From a virus (taxonomy: Duplodnaviria; Caudoviricetes): a stretch of DNA of 46,198 nucleotides. Position numbers and translations under genes: made by a program. Below, in pieces: positions 1 through 7,126 of the stretch. Below the pieces are notes generated by a model. The model ran no database searches. It saw nothing but the letters and a program-made list of their open reading frames with translations, and had not been told where the DNA came from. The DNA lies in IMG/VR virus record IMGVR_UViG_3300046823_000135, positions 1 to 46,198 of that record; one strand, written 5' to 3'. Numbering within the stretch: the first letter of the stretch is position 1; each line of letters begins with the position of its first letter.

Positions 1-97
1 TGCTTGGATCCAGGCTCGCGCAGGGCTCAGTGCAACCGCACCAAGGTCAGCTCGCAAGCTGCGCGGAACTCAACACGAGCGTTGGGAAACTGTCAAG
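1..97. repeat. Direct terminal repeat, left copy (97 bp); probably assembly overlap of a circular or permuted genome
   Basis: 1-97 is identical to 46102-46198, giving a unit genome of 46101 bp. Confidence 0.95.
68..96 (-). promoter_or_regulatory. Candidate promoter for the leftward replication operon (reads across the circular junction into the SNF2 gene)
   Basis: Minus-strand TTGACA at 96-91, 17-nt spacer, weak -10 TTGAGT; lies just after a terminator and before the helicase ATG. Confidence 0.4.
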
Positions 98-104
98 GCT
101 CGAC

Positions 105-139
105 AAAAAGAAAAGCCTCGCACTTCGAATGCGAGGCTT
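105..139 (-). terminator. Intrinsic terminator
   Basis: Stem AAGCCTCGCA (113-122)/TGCGAGGCTT (130-139); minus strand continues into TTTTCTTTTT. Confidence 0.8.
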
Positions 140-372
140 CTCGATGAAGCGTTCAACCGACTCCAATTGGGTGGCTTCTATCCTGGTTGTTCTCCCAGTC
201 GGCCGGGGGCAAGATCGGCTAGCCACACGCCGCTTGCGTCCTTGTAGTTTGCGCGGGACCAGATCCTAGCACGCGCGAGACCGGGTATTGGCCGGTGATT
301 CGCACGCAGGGGACACCAGATCGCGCCCAGAGGTGGCAAAGGTAGACGCGCGAAGTCTAGCGTCGCGTTGGG

Positions 373-430
373 AAAAAAACAGCCCGTGAAGGCCAGTCCC
401 AGTTGGTCAAAGGAACTTCTTCACGGGCTG
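373..430 (-). terminator. Long-hairpin intrinsic terminator
   Basis: 12-bp perfect stem CAGCCCGTGAAG (380-391)/CTTCACGGGCTG (419-430), then T7 on the minus strand. Confidence 0.75.
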
Positions 431-596
431 CGAACAGCTCGCCAACACAGCGAGCAATTCTACGACTCGGCTACCGCGCAACCTCAGAAAGAACGAAGAC
501 GGTTGCACAGCGTTTTCGAGTCTTCACCTCAGAACACTTCGTCTCAATCGTGGAATCCACGTTGCAACCCGCCAAGGTCGCAGAGCGCGGGGTGTG

Positions 597-806
597 TCAA
601 CTCTCGTTCTCCGTCTTGCGCTTCACTCGCCTCGCGTCCTGCCGCATGCCTAGCGGCAGCTTCGACTCAGGATACTTGAGGCTCGGCACCAGGCACATCG
701 CGCACTCGTCGAAGTCTGGGATCTGCGCGTCCTCGCACATCGTGCACAGCGTGCGCCCAGGTGGCACGTCACGCATGCAGTTCCGGTGCGCGCAGTAGGG
801 TGTCAT
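597..806 (-). CDS. Small Cys-rich (putative Zn-binding) protein
   Basis: CAHRNC, CTMC, CAMC motifs; ATGA coupling to the upstream gene. Confidence 0.7.
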   Translation of the reverse strand: MTPYCAHRNCMRDVPPGRTLCTMCEDAQIPDFDECAMCLVPSLKYPESKLPLGMRQDARRVKRKTENES

Positions 807-1015
807 TGGTCGCGCTCGCGCTCGAGTCGCTCTCGCGCTGCAGCAAACTTCGCTTCGGCCTGCTCGCGTGTCATCCTGTGCCCGAGGGCCGCGTAGATCG
901 ACTCCATTGCCTGCAGTTCTTCGTTGCTCAGGTCTTTGGTTTCGAGGTCAAGGCACGCGCGACAGTAGCGCCCGTGCACCGCGGGAACGCCGCACTGACA
1001 GGTTGAATCGTTCAT
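803..1015 (-). CDS. Small Zn-finger hypothetical protein (MNDSTCQCG...)
   Basis: CQC...YCRAC; ATG at 1015 overlaps the upstream stop; shorter than the ORF-track call. Confidence 0.65.
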   Translation of the reverse strand: MNDSTCQCGVPAVHGRYCRACLDLETKDLSNEELQAMESIYAALGHRMTREQAEAKFAAARERLERERDQ

Positions 1016-1194
1016 GTTTCGTCGACCTTGATGCACTGTTCCAGTTGCCTGATCAGCTCGCGCACCTTCGTCAGCTTGTCCATGTCGTGGCGAAGCCGAT
1101 GCCTCAATCGCACCTCGGCGCAACGGAGGTCGGTCAGCTTGGCTAGCGTCCGATTCGCGATCTCGGTTTTTTGCTCTTGGGTGAGGTCGCTCAC
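1012..1194 (-). CDS. Hypothetical coiled-coil protein
   Basis: GTGA coupling at 1191-1194; helical charged sequence. Confidence 0.65.
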   Translation of the reverse strand: MSDLTQEQKTEIANRTLAKLTDLRCAEVRLRHRLRHDMDKLTKVRELIRQLEQCIKVDET

Positions 1195-1454
1195 TTCCTG
1201 AACCCCTTCGCCTTGATGTCCTGTTTCTGGCCGGCCTGAACAGCTGCGGTGACCAGCGCATCCCACTCGAACCGGATCCAGCGTCCGTCTGGCAGACGGA
1301 TGATCGGGGCTCGCGTGCCGACAACCGTGCTCAGCTCGAACGTGCCCAACTCGGACTTTGCTTCGCCAGCCGACTCGCGAAAGAACATCGCTTCGGCCTC
1401 GTGCACCGACGCAACGATTGACGCGGTGACGCGGGCTTGCTTGTCGTTACTCAC
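1191..1454 (-). CDS. Hypothetical protein
   Basis: 87 aa; 4-nt overlaps with both neighbours. Confidence 0.75.
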   Translation of the reverse strand: MSNDKQARVTASIVASVHEAEAMFFRESAGEAKSELGTFELSTVVGTRAPIIRLPDGRWIRFEWDALVTAAVQAGQKQDIKAKGFRK

Positions 1455-1684
1455 TCGCTCACCGCCTTGACCAGCGCATCGCGCCAGTCGGTCACCTTGG
1501 TTGCTAGTTGAGTCAGAGCCTTCGCCGCGCTCGCGTCGCCACTACTCGCGTCGATTGCGTAGCTCGCGAGCCGTTGCGCTGCGGTGAGTAGAACCCAGCT
1601 GAACGATGCGCCATCAACGCCAGGCAGACCGTTGGCGAGGATCAACGCAACATCACTGAGCCGTTGCTTTGGCGTTTTGCTCAA
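1451..1684 (-). CDS. Hypothetical protein
   Basis: 77 aa; 4-nt overlaps with both neighbours. Confidence 0.7.
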   Translation of the reverse strand: MSKTPKQRLSDVALILANGLPGVDGASFSWVLLTAAQRLASYAIDASSGDASAAKALTQLATKVTDWRDALVKAVSE

Positions 1685-2139
1685 GGCATCACCTTGTAGC
1701 CTTCGTCAGCGAAGGAAAAGAAGCGTGCGCTACCCAACACCACGTGGTCGAGCAGCTCGATACCAAGCAACACGCCCGCCTCGCGCAGCCTTTCCGTTAG
1801 GCGCTTGTCCTCAGCGGAAGGGCATGGGTCACCAGACGGATGGTTGTGCACGACGACGATCGCGGTCGCGTGGAGAATCAAGGCAGGGCCGAACACCTCG
1901 CGCGGATGCACAAGTGAAACGTCAGCGGTGCCGATGCTGACCACGTGCACGCCGATTGCCTTGTGTCTCGTGTCGAGATAGATGGCAAGGAAATGCTCGC
2001 GTGGATCGTCACCGATCACGGCTCGCGCCAAGCCGGCAGCGTTCTCGCAGCTACTCATCGCCAGCAGACCATCGAATCGCGCCGGTGCACCCTCGCGCAC
2101 CAGCGAGACGCGGACTTGTCGCCAAGTGTGGCGGATCAC
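1681..2139 (-). CDS. radC: RadC-like JAB/MPN domain protein
   Basis: REHF...IGT...VHPREVF...HNHPSGDPCPSAED...LLDHVV signature. Confidence 0.93.
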   Translation of the reverse strand: MIRHTWRQVRVSLVREGAPARFDGLLAMSSCENAAGLARAVIGDDPREHFLAIYLDTRHKAIGVHVVSIGTADVSLVHPREVFGPALILHATAIVVVHNHPSGDPCPSAEDKRLTERLREAGVLLGIELLDHVVLGSARFFSFADEGYKVMP

Positions 2140-2258
2140 TTGCGCACCGCCTTGCGCTGCGCGAGGCGCCGAAGGAAGTCCGCAAGCGAATCGAGCAAGC
2201 GACTAGCTAGCTCGATGCACTTGCGTTGATCGGAGGGCGAAAGGTTGGCGAACATCAT
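2136..2258 (-). CDS. 40-aa micro-protein (MMFANLSPSDQRKCIELAS...)
   Basis: Fills the gap between the DUF932 and radC genes with coupled start/stop; below the ORF-track cutoff; alternative GTG at 2264. Confidence 0.55.
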   Translation of the reverse strand: MMFANLSPSDQRKCIELASRLLDSLADFLRRLAQRKAVRK

Positions 2259-2260
2259 GG

Positions 2261-3277
2261 TCACACCAACGAAAGCGCCAGCTTGAGAGTCTTAGACTTC
2301 GCCACGTGCGACACGCCGAAGAGGTTGCTGTGCACGCGCGCATCGCTTGTGGCCACGTCTTCGAAGCGGCCACGTTCGTGGTCGTGCCACTCGGTCACCG
2401 CGTTGAACGCGGCCCACACACTGCCAGCGATGGCGGGCGTGCGGTCGCATTCCAGCTTGTAGATATCGGCCCAGCGGTGTTGCGTCTCCCGGCGCTTCGC
2501 TTCCCACTTCTCCGTTGCTTCCACGTCGTCAGCTGACGGAGCGGCGAACGTCGCGCGGAACGCACGGTCAAGGAATGAGGCGATGGCGGCCGACCCTGGC
2601 CGTTGGTTCACCATGGCGCGGATTTGTTCGTCCAACCGTTCGAGTTCCTTGTGGGCAAAGCCGAGGACCAGACGGGCGGTAGCCAGCTTCCCTTTCAAGT
2701 CGCCAGTGTGCACGAACCGTGCGCCCTGACTGAGCGACTGCTCGGACATGCGGAGCGTGTTGTTGCAGACGATGCGCACCGTGGTCGGGTAGGCTGCGAA
2801 GGCGGCGGTCCCGCCGTGGCCGTTCGTTATGGCGATGTAGGTCGCCAGTCGGTCACCCTGGGCCGCTTGGATGTCTCCAGGCAGGCGGATCAAGGCGAAC
2901 ACCTTGCGGCCATCGAACAGACTGCCGGCCGTCTCGCACGTCGCTGCGCGGTCCTCGCCCAGGACCGCGTCAGCGAAGGTCGCTAGGTCGCGGTTGTCGA
3001 TCGGCTTGTAGCCATCGGAGACCAAGCCCAGGACTTGGCCAGTGTCGCTCCGAATGTGCGCCCGGTGCTCCGGCAGGTTGATGGTTTCGACGCCAGTCGG
3101 CGTCACCCTGTCGGCCCTGACGGGGAGTAGCTCGGTCGCCCAGTCGAGCCCGATCATGGGGAAGGCGGTTGTGCAGTCGATCCCTTCGGGGATCTCGACG
3201 CCAAGCCCGTGCCAGGCGCGCTTGCCGTTGGCCCGGACTTCGCCGAAGCGGTCTGTTGAGCGGATTTCGTGTGCCAT
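2261..3277 (-). CDS. DUF932-family phage/plasmid protein
   Basis: MAHEI...AWHGLG, GLDW, LGLVSDGYKPIDN, ETAGSLFDGRKVF, TTVRIVCNNTL, WAAFNAVTEWHDH; AAGGA RBS before ATG 3277. Confidence 0.9.
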   Translation of the reverse strand: MAHEIRSTDRFGEVRANGKRAWHGLGVEIPEGIDCTTAFPMIGLDWATELLPVRADRVTPTGVETINLPEHRAHIRSDTGQVLGLVSDGYKPIDNRDLATFADAVLGEDRAATCETAGSLFDGRKVFALIRLPGDIQAAQGDRLATYIAITNGHGGTAAFAAYPTTVRIVCNNTLRMSEQSLSQGARFVHTGDLKGKLATARLVLGFAHKELERLDEQIRAMVNQRPGSAAIASFLDRAFRATFAAPSADDVEATEKWEAKRRETQHRWADIYKLECDRTPAIAGSVWAAFNAVTEWHDHERGRFEDVATSDARVHSNLFGVSHVAKSKTLKLALSLV

Positions 3278-3309
3278 GTTCTTTCCTTGCTGCGGTGTTG
3301 GCGCAGCGT

Positions 3310-3402
3310 CTAGCGAGTGAAAAAGAGCGTTGCAACGCTCAGCAGTGTGCCAAGCGCGCAACCAACGAAGAGTAGCATGCGGAAGCGTTGACGGGTAGTC
3401 AC
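3310..3402 (-). CDS. 30-aa single-TM micro-protein (MTTRQRFRMLLFVGCALGTLLSVATLFFTR)
   Basis: GTGA-coupled to the upstream micro-ORF; basic N-terminus plus hydrophobic helix. Confidence 0.45.
   Translation of the reverse strand: MTTRQRFRMLLFVGCALGTLLSVATLFFTR
3320..3340 (-). terminator. Possible terminator or attenuator upstream of the DUF932 gene
   Basis: Perfect palindrome GAGCGTTGCAACGCTC (3325-3340), then T5 on the minus strand. Confidence 0.4.
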
Positions 3403-3542
3403 TTGAGGGCCACGCACTTAGTTTCAACGCGGCGCATGGTGTTGCGCAAGGTGCTGCCGATCGCCCACCACCACACGAAGTGAGCGGCAATGCCGATCGG
3501 AAACATGATGGCGAATGCAACAACGGTAGCGATGTAGTGCAT
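3399..3542 (-). CDS. 47-aa membrane micro-protein (MHYIATVVAFAIMFPIGIAAHFVWWWAIG...)
   Basis: Strongly hydrophobic N-terminal helix; fits the operon spacing; missing from the ORF track. Confidence 0.55.
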   Translation of the reverse strand: MHYIATVVAFAIMFPIGIAAHFVWWWAIGSTLRNTMRRVETKCVALK

Positions 3543-3550
3543 CGACAAGT

Positions 3551-3790
3551 CTACAACGGTTGAATGAGGCCGGCAGCGCGGTCAGCGGTGAGCGTTGCTG
3601 CGCGCCAGTAGATTGCCGCATGGTATCGGCAGAGCCCGTTGTGGGAATCGCCAACGACGTAGGCGACGCGACGACGGCAGCGCGACCGGCAAGCGTTGGC
3701 ATCGTCTTTGTGTTGACACTGTGTGTAGCGGTCAAAGTCGACTAGCCGCAGCGTGTCGCCAGGTAGAATGTGCGGAACGTAGCTAGCCAT
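3551..3790 (-). CDS. Small Cys/His-rich protein, first gene of the leftward early operon
   Basis: CQH...C...C...LCRYHA; ATG 3790 lies 7 nt after a promoter -10 element. Confidence 0.6.
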   Translation of the reverse strand: MASYVPHILPGDTLRLVDFDRYTQCQHKDDANACRSRCRRRVAYVVGDSHNGLCRYHAAIYWRAATLTADRAAGLIQPL

Positions 3791-3797
3791 GGCGCCG

Positions 3798-3826
3798 CCT
3801 TTACAGTGTTGCGGTGCGCGCGTCAA
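3798..3826 (-). promoter_or_regulatory. Leftward sigma70-like promoter, probably leaderless transcript
   Basis: TTGACG-17 nt-TAAAGG-CGGCGCC-ATG. Confidence 0.6.
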
Positions 3827-4190
3827 GTGTGTGGTGTCCGCATGCCCTGAGGACAGAATTACGGGCAGTGTCCGCAATGTGCGTCAGAGGACAGGTAAGA
3901 TACTGGCCGGTATCTTACGGCGACCAAGAATGCGGCCTAATCTGCCACTCAAGTAGAAATAGATTCCTGACGTTGCAGCGTAACAGTCATAAGTGATTAT
4001 GCATTCAATCATTGCGAGTTTGCGAGGTCCGATCGTCCGCCGCGCGGCCCCGCGGCCAGGAAGTGCAAAGCCCGCTCCTGCGTATAGTCCTCACGGAAAA
4101 CACGAGCGCACCAGAAAAAATCCTGCAAAAATTGCCGAGAAAACCTACAGCACAGAAGCAGATATAGAGGAGAGGCAATAGATATGATCT

Positions 4191-4210
4191 TCTCTCTCTC
4201 TCTCTCTCTC
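4191..4210. repeat. (TC)10 microsatellite in the AT-richer divergent intergenic region
   Basis: Read directly from the sequence. Confidence 0.9.
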
Positions 4211-4304
4211 GTAGAGAGCCCTACAAAAAGCTCCTCACTACAAGAAGTAAGTTCACCCCGGCGACTCTCCAACTGGCCGTGACGTTTTTTGGCTGGACGG
4301 CAGC

Positions 4305-4333
4305 TTGACGAAGCTACTTCGGTAAGGTATACA
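4305..4333 (+). promoter_or_regulatory. Rightward sigma70-like promoter, probably leaderless transcript
   Basis: TTGACG-17 nt-TATACA-CGCCGCC-ATG(4341). Confidence 0.6.
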
Positions 4334-4340
4334 CGCCGCC

Positions 4341-4757
4341 ATGGCAAAGACGATTGGCGTGCACGAGATGGCGTTCGAGTCGTTCCAGCGGCTGATGGAG
4401 AACATGCACGTCCGGCAGCAGGCCTACGCCTTCCCGACGTGGAAGCTGTCAGCTGGGCGCGTGCTCGAGTTCCTGGTGTGGTATTTCGAGGAGTCGAGTC
4501 AGCAGGGATGCGAGAAGTGCTCGCCACTCGCGATGAAGTTCCAGCCCGTTGTTGGCATCGGTGGAAGGCCGAAGCTGGACGAGCTCGGTCGCAAGGACGT
4601 GCTCAACGATCCAAGGGTGTGGCCGTTCAAGTATTCGTTGGCCTGCAAGATGATCTTGAGCGAGAAGGGGGCGGGATACACCCCAACGCACTCTGAGGTG
4701 CTCGACTACATGCGCGAGAACCCCGACATTGGCATGCGCAAGTCTGGAGCAGTGTGA
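4341..4757 (+). CDS. Hypothetical protein, possible ribbon-helix-helix DNA-binding N-terminus
   Basis: KTIGVHEMAFESFQRL resembles an RHH strand-helix start; first gene of the rightward arm. Confidence 0.7.
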   Translation: MAKTIGVHEMAFESFQRLMENMHVRQQAYAFPTWKLSAGRVLEFLVWYFEESSQQGCEKCSPLAMKFQPVVGIGGRPKLDELGRKDVLNDPRVWPFKYSLACKMILSEKGAGYTPTHSEVLDYMRENPDIGMRKSGAV

Positions 4758-5002
4758 TGGGAAGGCCGGACTTCATGGCACGGCGGAAGCGAAAGCTGAA
4801 GGAGTTGTTGGCGGCGATGGGTGCGCCACTTCCTTGGAGCGATACCTGGGCGGAGTGGAGCAAGATCCACAGCGAAGAGCTGGTCCGCGCCCACAACGAG
4901 GCCGAGGAATACGCAAGGACGGCAGCAGCGACGAGAAAGCCAAAGCCGAAGCTGCCGCCGCTGCCGTTCGACGACGGCGATAGCCTTGGTAGCAACGAAT
5001 GA
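4754..5002 (+). CDS. Hypothetical protein
   Basis: GTGA coupling; phage-like codon usage. Confidence 0.7.
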   Translation: MMGRPDFMARRKRKLKELLAAMGAPLPWSDTWAEWSKIHSEELVRAHNEAEEYARTAAATRKPKPKLPPLPFDDGDSLGSNE

Positions 5003-5041
5003 TGTTGCAACCACCGACGCCACACGCTACGAGTGGCAACC

Positions 5042-5407
5042 ATGAGTGAAACGCAATCCATCTCGACCCCCACCGACGCCACACCAACTCCGAAAGGCAA
5101 GCGCGCGAAGAAGCAGCGGCGCTACCGGCTGTTCCCTGGCGACGATGGCGGCGACTTCAGGATCTACGTCATCAGCGAAGACCCGGCGCACGCGAAGGGC
5201 ACGCTGATCCCGGCGCCCGGTGTCGGCGGATTCGACTCCACGCACGCGGCGCAGAAGTTCCTGCGCGCGGAAGGCCATCGGTTCGTCGGCCTGCAGCTGA
5301 TGATCAGCAAGGCCGTGCACATGGCGCGCATCGCGCTCGAGGAGAAGCCGCAGGTCAAGGTCGAGTGGAAGCCCAGGGCTCAGGTCAGCGGCCCGCCGAA
5401 GGAGTAG
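5042..5407 (+). CDS. Hypothetical protein
   Basis: High GC3 codon usage; alternative GTG start at 5033. Confidence 0.8.
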   Translation: MSETQSISTPTDATPTPKGKRAKKQRRYRLFPGDDGGDFRIYVISEDPAHAKGTLIPAPGVGGFDSTHAAQKFLRAEGHRFVGLQLMISKAVHMARIALEEKPQVKVEWKPRAQVSGPPKE

Positions 5408-5419
5408 GTCGTCGCATCC

Positions 5420-5677
5420 ATGGACTCATCGACTCAGATCGGCCCCAACTTCAACAAGGACCGCACCACGCCGATGATCACACCGCGGCGTGAGTGGTTG
5501 ATCGCGCGAGCGAAGTGCCTGTCGCAGGTGATCGACGACTGCCTGAGCCGAGAAGAAGTGGTTGCGGTGCTCGGCATGGTCGTGGAACTGCAGAGCTTGC
5601 TCGACCTGATCTGTGCCGAGTCGCCGATCAACCACAGTCTCGGCGGCGGAATGATTCCAACAGGACGAACACGATGA
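5420..5677 (+). CDS. Hypothetical protein
   Basis: 85 aa; ATGA-coupled to the next gene. Confidence 0.7.
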   Translation: MDSSTQIGPNFNKDRTTPMITPRREWLIARAKCLSQVIDDCLSREEVVAVLGMVVELQSLLDLICAESPINHSLGGGMIPTGRTR

Positions 5678-5919
5678 CCAAGCCCACCGAAATCGAACTG
5701 CGCAACAGGTTCTTCTACCACCCGCCGACTGCGGACACGCTGCCGCGGTTCGCTGCCGTGAACGAAGCTTGCTTCACACTGGCGAAGCTGCTTCGCGACA
5801 CGGTGCCAGAAGGCCGCGGTCTCTCGTTGGCGCTGACGCACCTCGAAGACGTGCGCATGCGTGCGAACTTCGGCATCGCTACGGAGACGAGCGAAGCAGT
5901 GGTGCCGGTGAAGCCGTGA
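5674..5919 (+). CDS. Acb2/Tad1-like helical-hairpin protein (putative immune-signal sponge)
   Basis: NRFFYHPP...VPEGRGLSLALTHLEDVRMRANFGIA matches the family pattern NRFTYH.P...P..RE.SLA.T.LEE..MWAN..IA. Confidence 0.75.
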   Translation: MTKPTEIELRNRFFYHPPTADTLPRFAAVNEACFTLAKLLRDTVPEGRGLSLALTHLEDVRMRANFGIATETSEAVVPVKP

Positions 5920-6161
5920 CCTACCCATTCGACAAGAAGATCGACGAGCTCCGTCGCGTGATGGCCGAGGTGCGCGAAGCGATCGAGAACAGGAACGAGT
6001 ATCTCCTCCGAGAACACATCGAGCTCGGAGCTGGTCTCGATCGCGTCGATCCGAAGTGGCGCGCGATGCGCCTGCTTGCCAGCCAGCAGCGACTCGACTG
6101 GGACAAGCTTGCGCGTGAAGCAAAGCACTTCCCGACCAAGGCCGACCTCGCAGCGAGGTAG
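5916..6161 (+). CDS. Hypothetical protein
   Basis: GTGA coupling at 5916-5919. Confidence 0.7.
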   Translation: MTYPFDKKIDELRRVMAEVREAIENRNEYLLREHIELGAGLDRVDPKWRAMRLLASQQRLDWDKLAREAKHFPTKADLAAR

Positions 6162-6164
6162 CGC

Positions 6165-6902
6165 GTGGCCAAGAAGGTCGACACGCAGATCCTCGATCCG
6201 AAGGCCAAGGACAAACTCGAGCAAGCGGCGGCCGCGGTCGGCCTCTCGTTCACGCAACTGGTCGAGCTCGTCGCTGACAGCGGCGCGCTCGCCTCTCCGC
6301 CAGCCAAGGACAAGGATGGGTTCACGCCGACGATCACCATGCGCGACCTCGGCCGGCGGATGTGGACCGAGCTCCAGATCACGCAGCGGCCGGAGCGAGC
6401 GAAGTGGTTCACGACGCTGCTGCGACCGCAACAGGTCGCGCTGATCGTCACGCTGCGCGAACAGGGCTACCGCAGCGAGGTCATCGGCCACGAGCTGCAG
6501 ATGGACCCGCTCGAGGTGGCTCGCCTGTTCAACGAGCACGCCGACAACATCGGCGCGCAGGTCAGCCAGATCCGGCTCAACACCCTCGCCGGTCACATCC
6601 AACTTGCCTACGAGCGAGCGCAGGAAGGGCTGATCAAGCAGGAGGAGTGGGGCGCCTACTTCCGAGTGACCAAGGAGATGGTCGGCCTGCTCCAGTCGCT
6701 CGGCATCGTCGACAGCGCGGTGCGTCGAGTCGAGGTGACGCACAACGTCAACTTCGGCGAGCAGCAGAAGGCCGAGGTCGAGGCGATGGTGCAGCTCGAG
6801 CTGAAGAAGAAGAAGCGCATCGAAGAGATCAAGCAGGCCGACTTCGTGATGGTCGATACCGTCAAGGGCTTGAAGCTCGAAGGCGAAGGAGAGACCAAGT
6901 GA
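6165..6902 (+). CDS. Putative terminase small subunit
   Basis: HTH-like segment (LREQGYRSEVIGHELQMDPLEVARL), helical body, RVEVTHNVN tail; upstream of TerL. Confidence 0.55.
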   Translation: MAKKVDTQILDPKAKDKLEQAAAAVGLSFTQLVELVADSGALASPPAKDKDGFTPTITMRDLGRRMWTELQITQRPERAKWFTTLLRPQQVALIVTLREQGYRSEVIGHELQMDPLEVARLFNEHADNIGAQVSQIRLNTLAGHIQLAYERAQEGLIKQEEWGAYFRVTKEMVGLLQSLGIVDSAVRRVEVTHNVNFGEQQKAEVEAMVQLELKKKKRIEEIKQADFVMVDTVKGLKLEGEGETK

Positions 6903-7126
6903 CCGTGATCGCACACAAGACTAAGTTCCTCGGCATCGGAGTTCCTTCGAGACCAGGAAAGTGCCCTCACTGCAGCAACGAGATGCCGGTGGATTCGGTG
7001 GCCTTCTGCGACGAGGAGAAGTGGCTTGGCTACGCCACGCTGTTCTGCTCCGAGGAGTGTCTGCAGGCTGGTCACTTGGTCATGGCCAAGGAGCATCACG
7101 TCGGTGGGCACATGATCAAGTGGTGA
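6899..7126 (+). CDS. Small TRASH-type Zn-finger protein
   Basis: CPHC...FCSEEC; coupled at both ends. Confidence 0.7.
   Translation: MTVIAHKTKFLGIGVPSRPGKCPHCSNEMPVDSVAFCDEEKWLGYATLFCSEECLQAGHLVMAKEHHVGGHMIKW

Noticed and set aside
1-97. 97-bp terminal repeat as the biological DTR
   Set aside because: It abuts the helicase start codon mid-arm and has a k-mer-like length, so assembler overlap is more likely; read data are needed
563-579. TTGG...TTGCA motif as a sigma54 promoter
   Set aside because: GG-to-GC spacing is 6-7 nt, not the required 10
30-798. Plus-strand ORFs 30-269, 368-679 and 403-798
   Set aside because: No motifs, atypical codon usage, and opposite to the local transcription direction indicated by the terminators
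3278-3523. N-terminal extension of the DUF932 ORF
   Set aside because: The family begins at MAHEI with an RBS; the upstream DNA is better explained by two micro-ORFs
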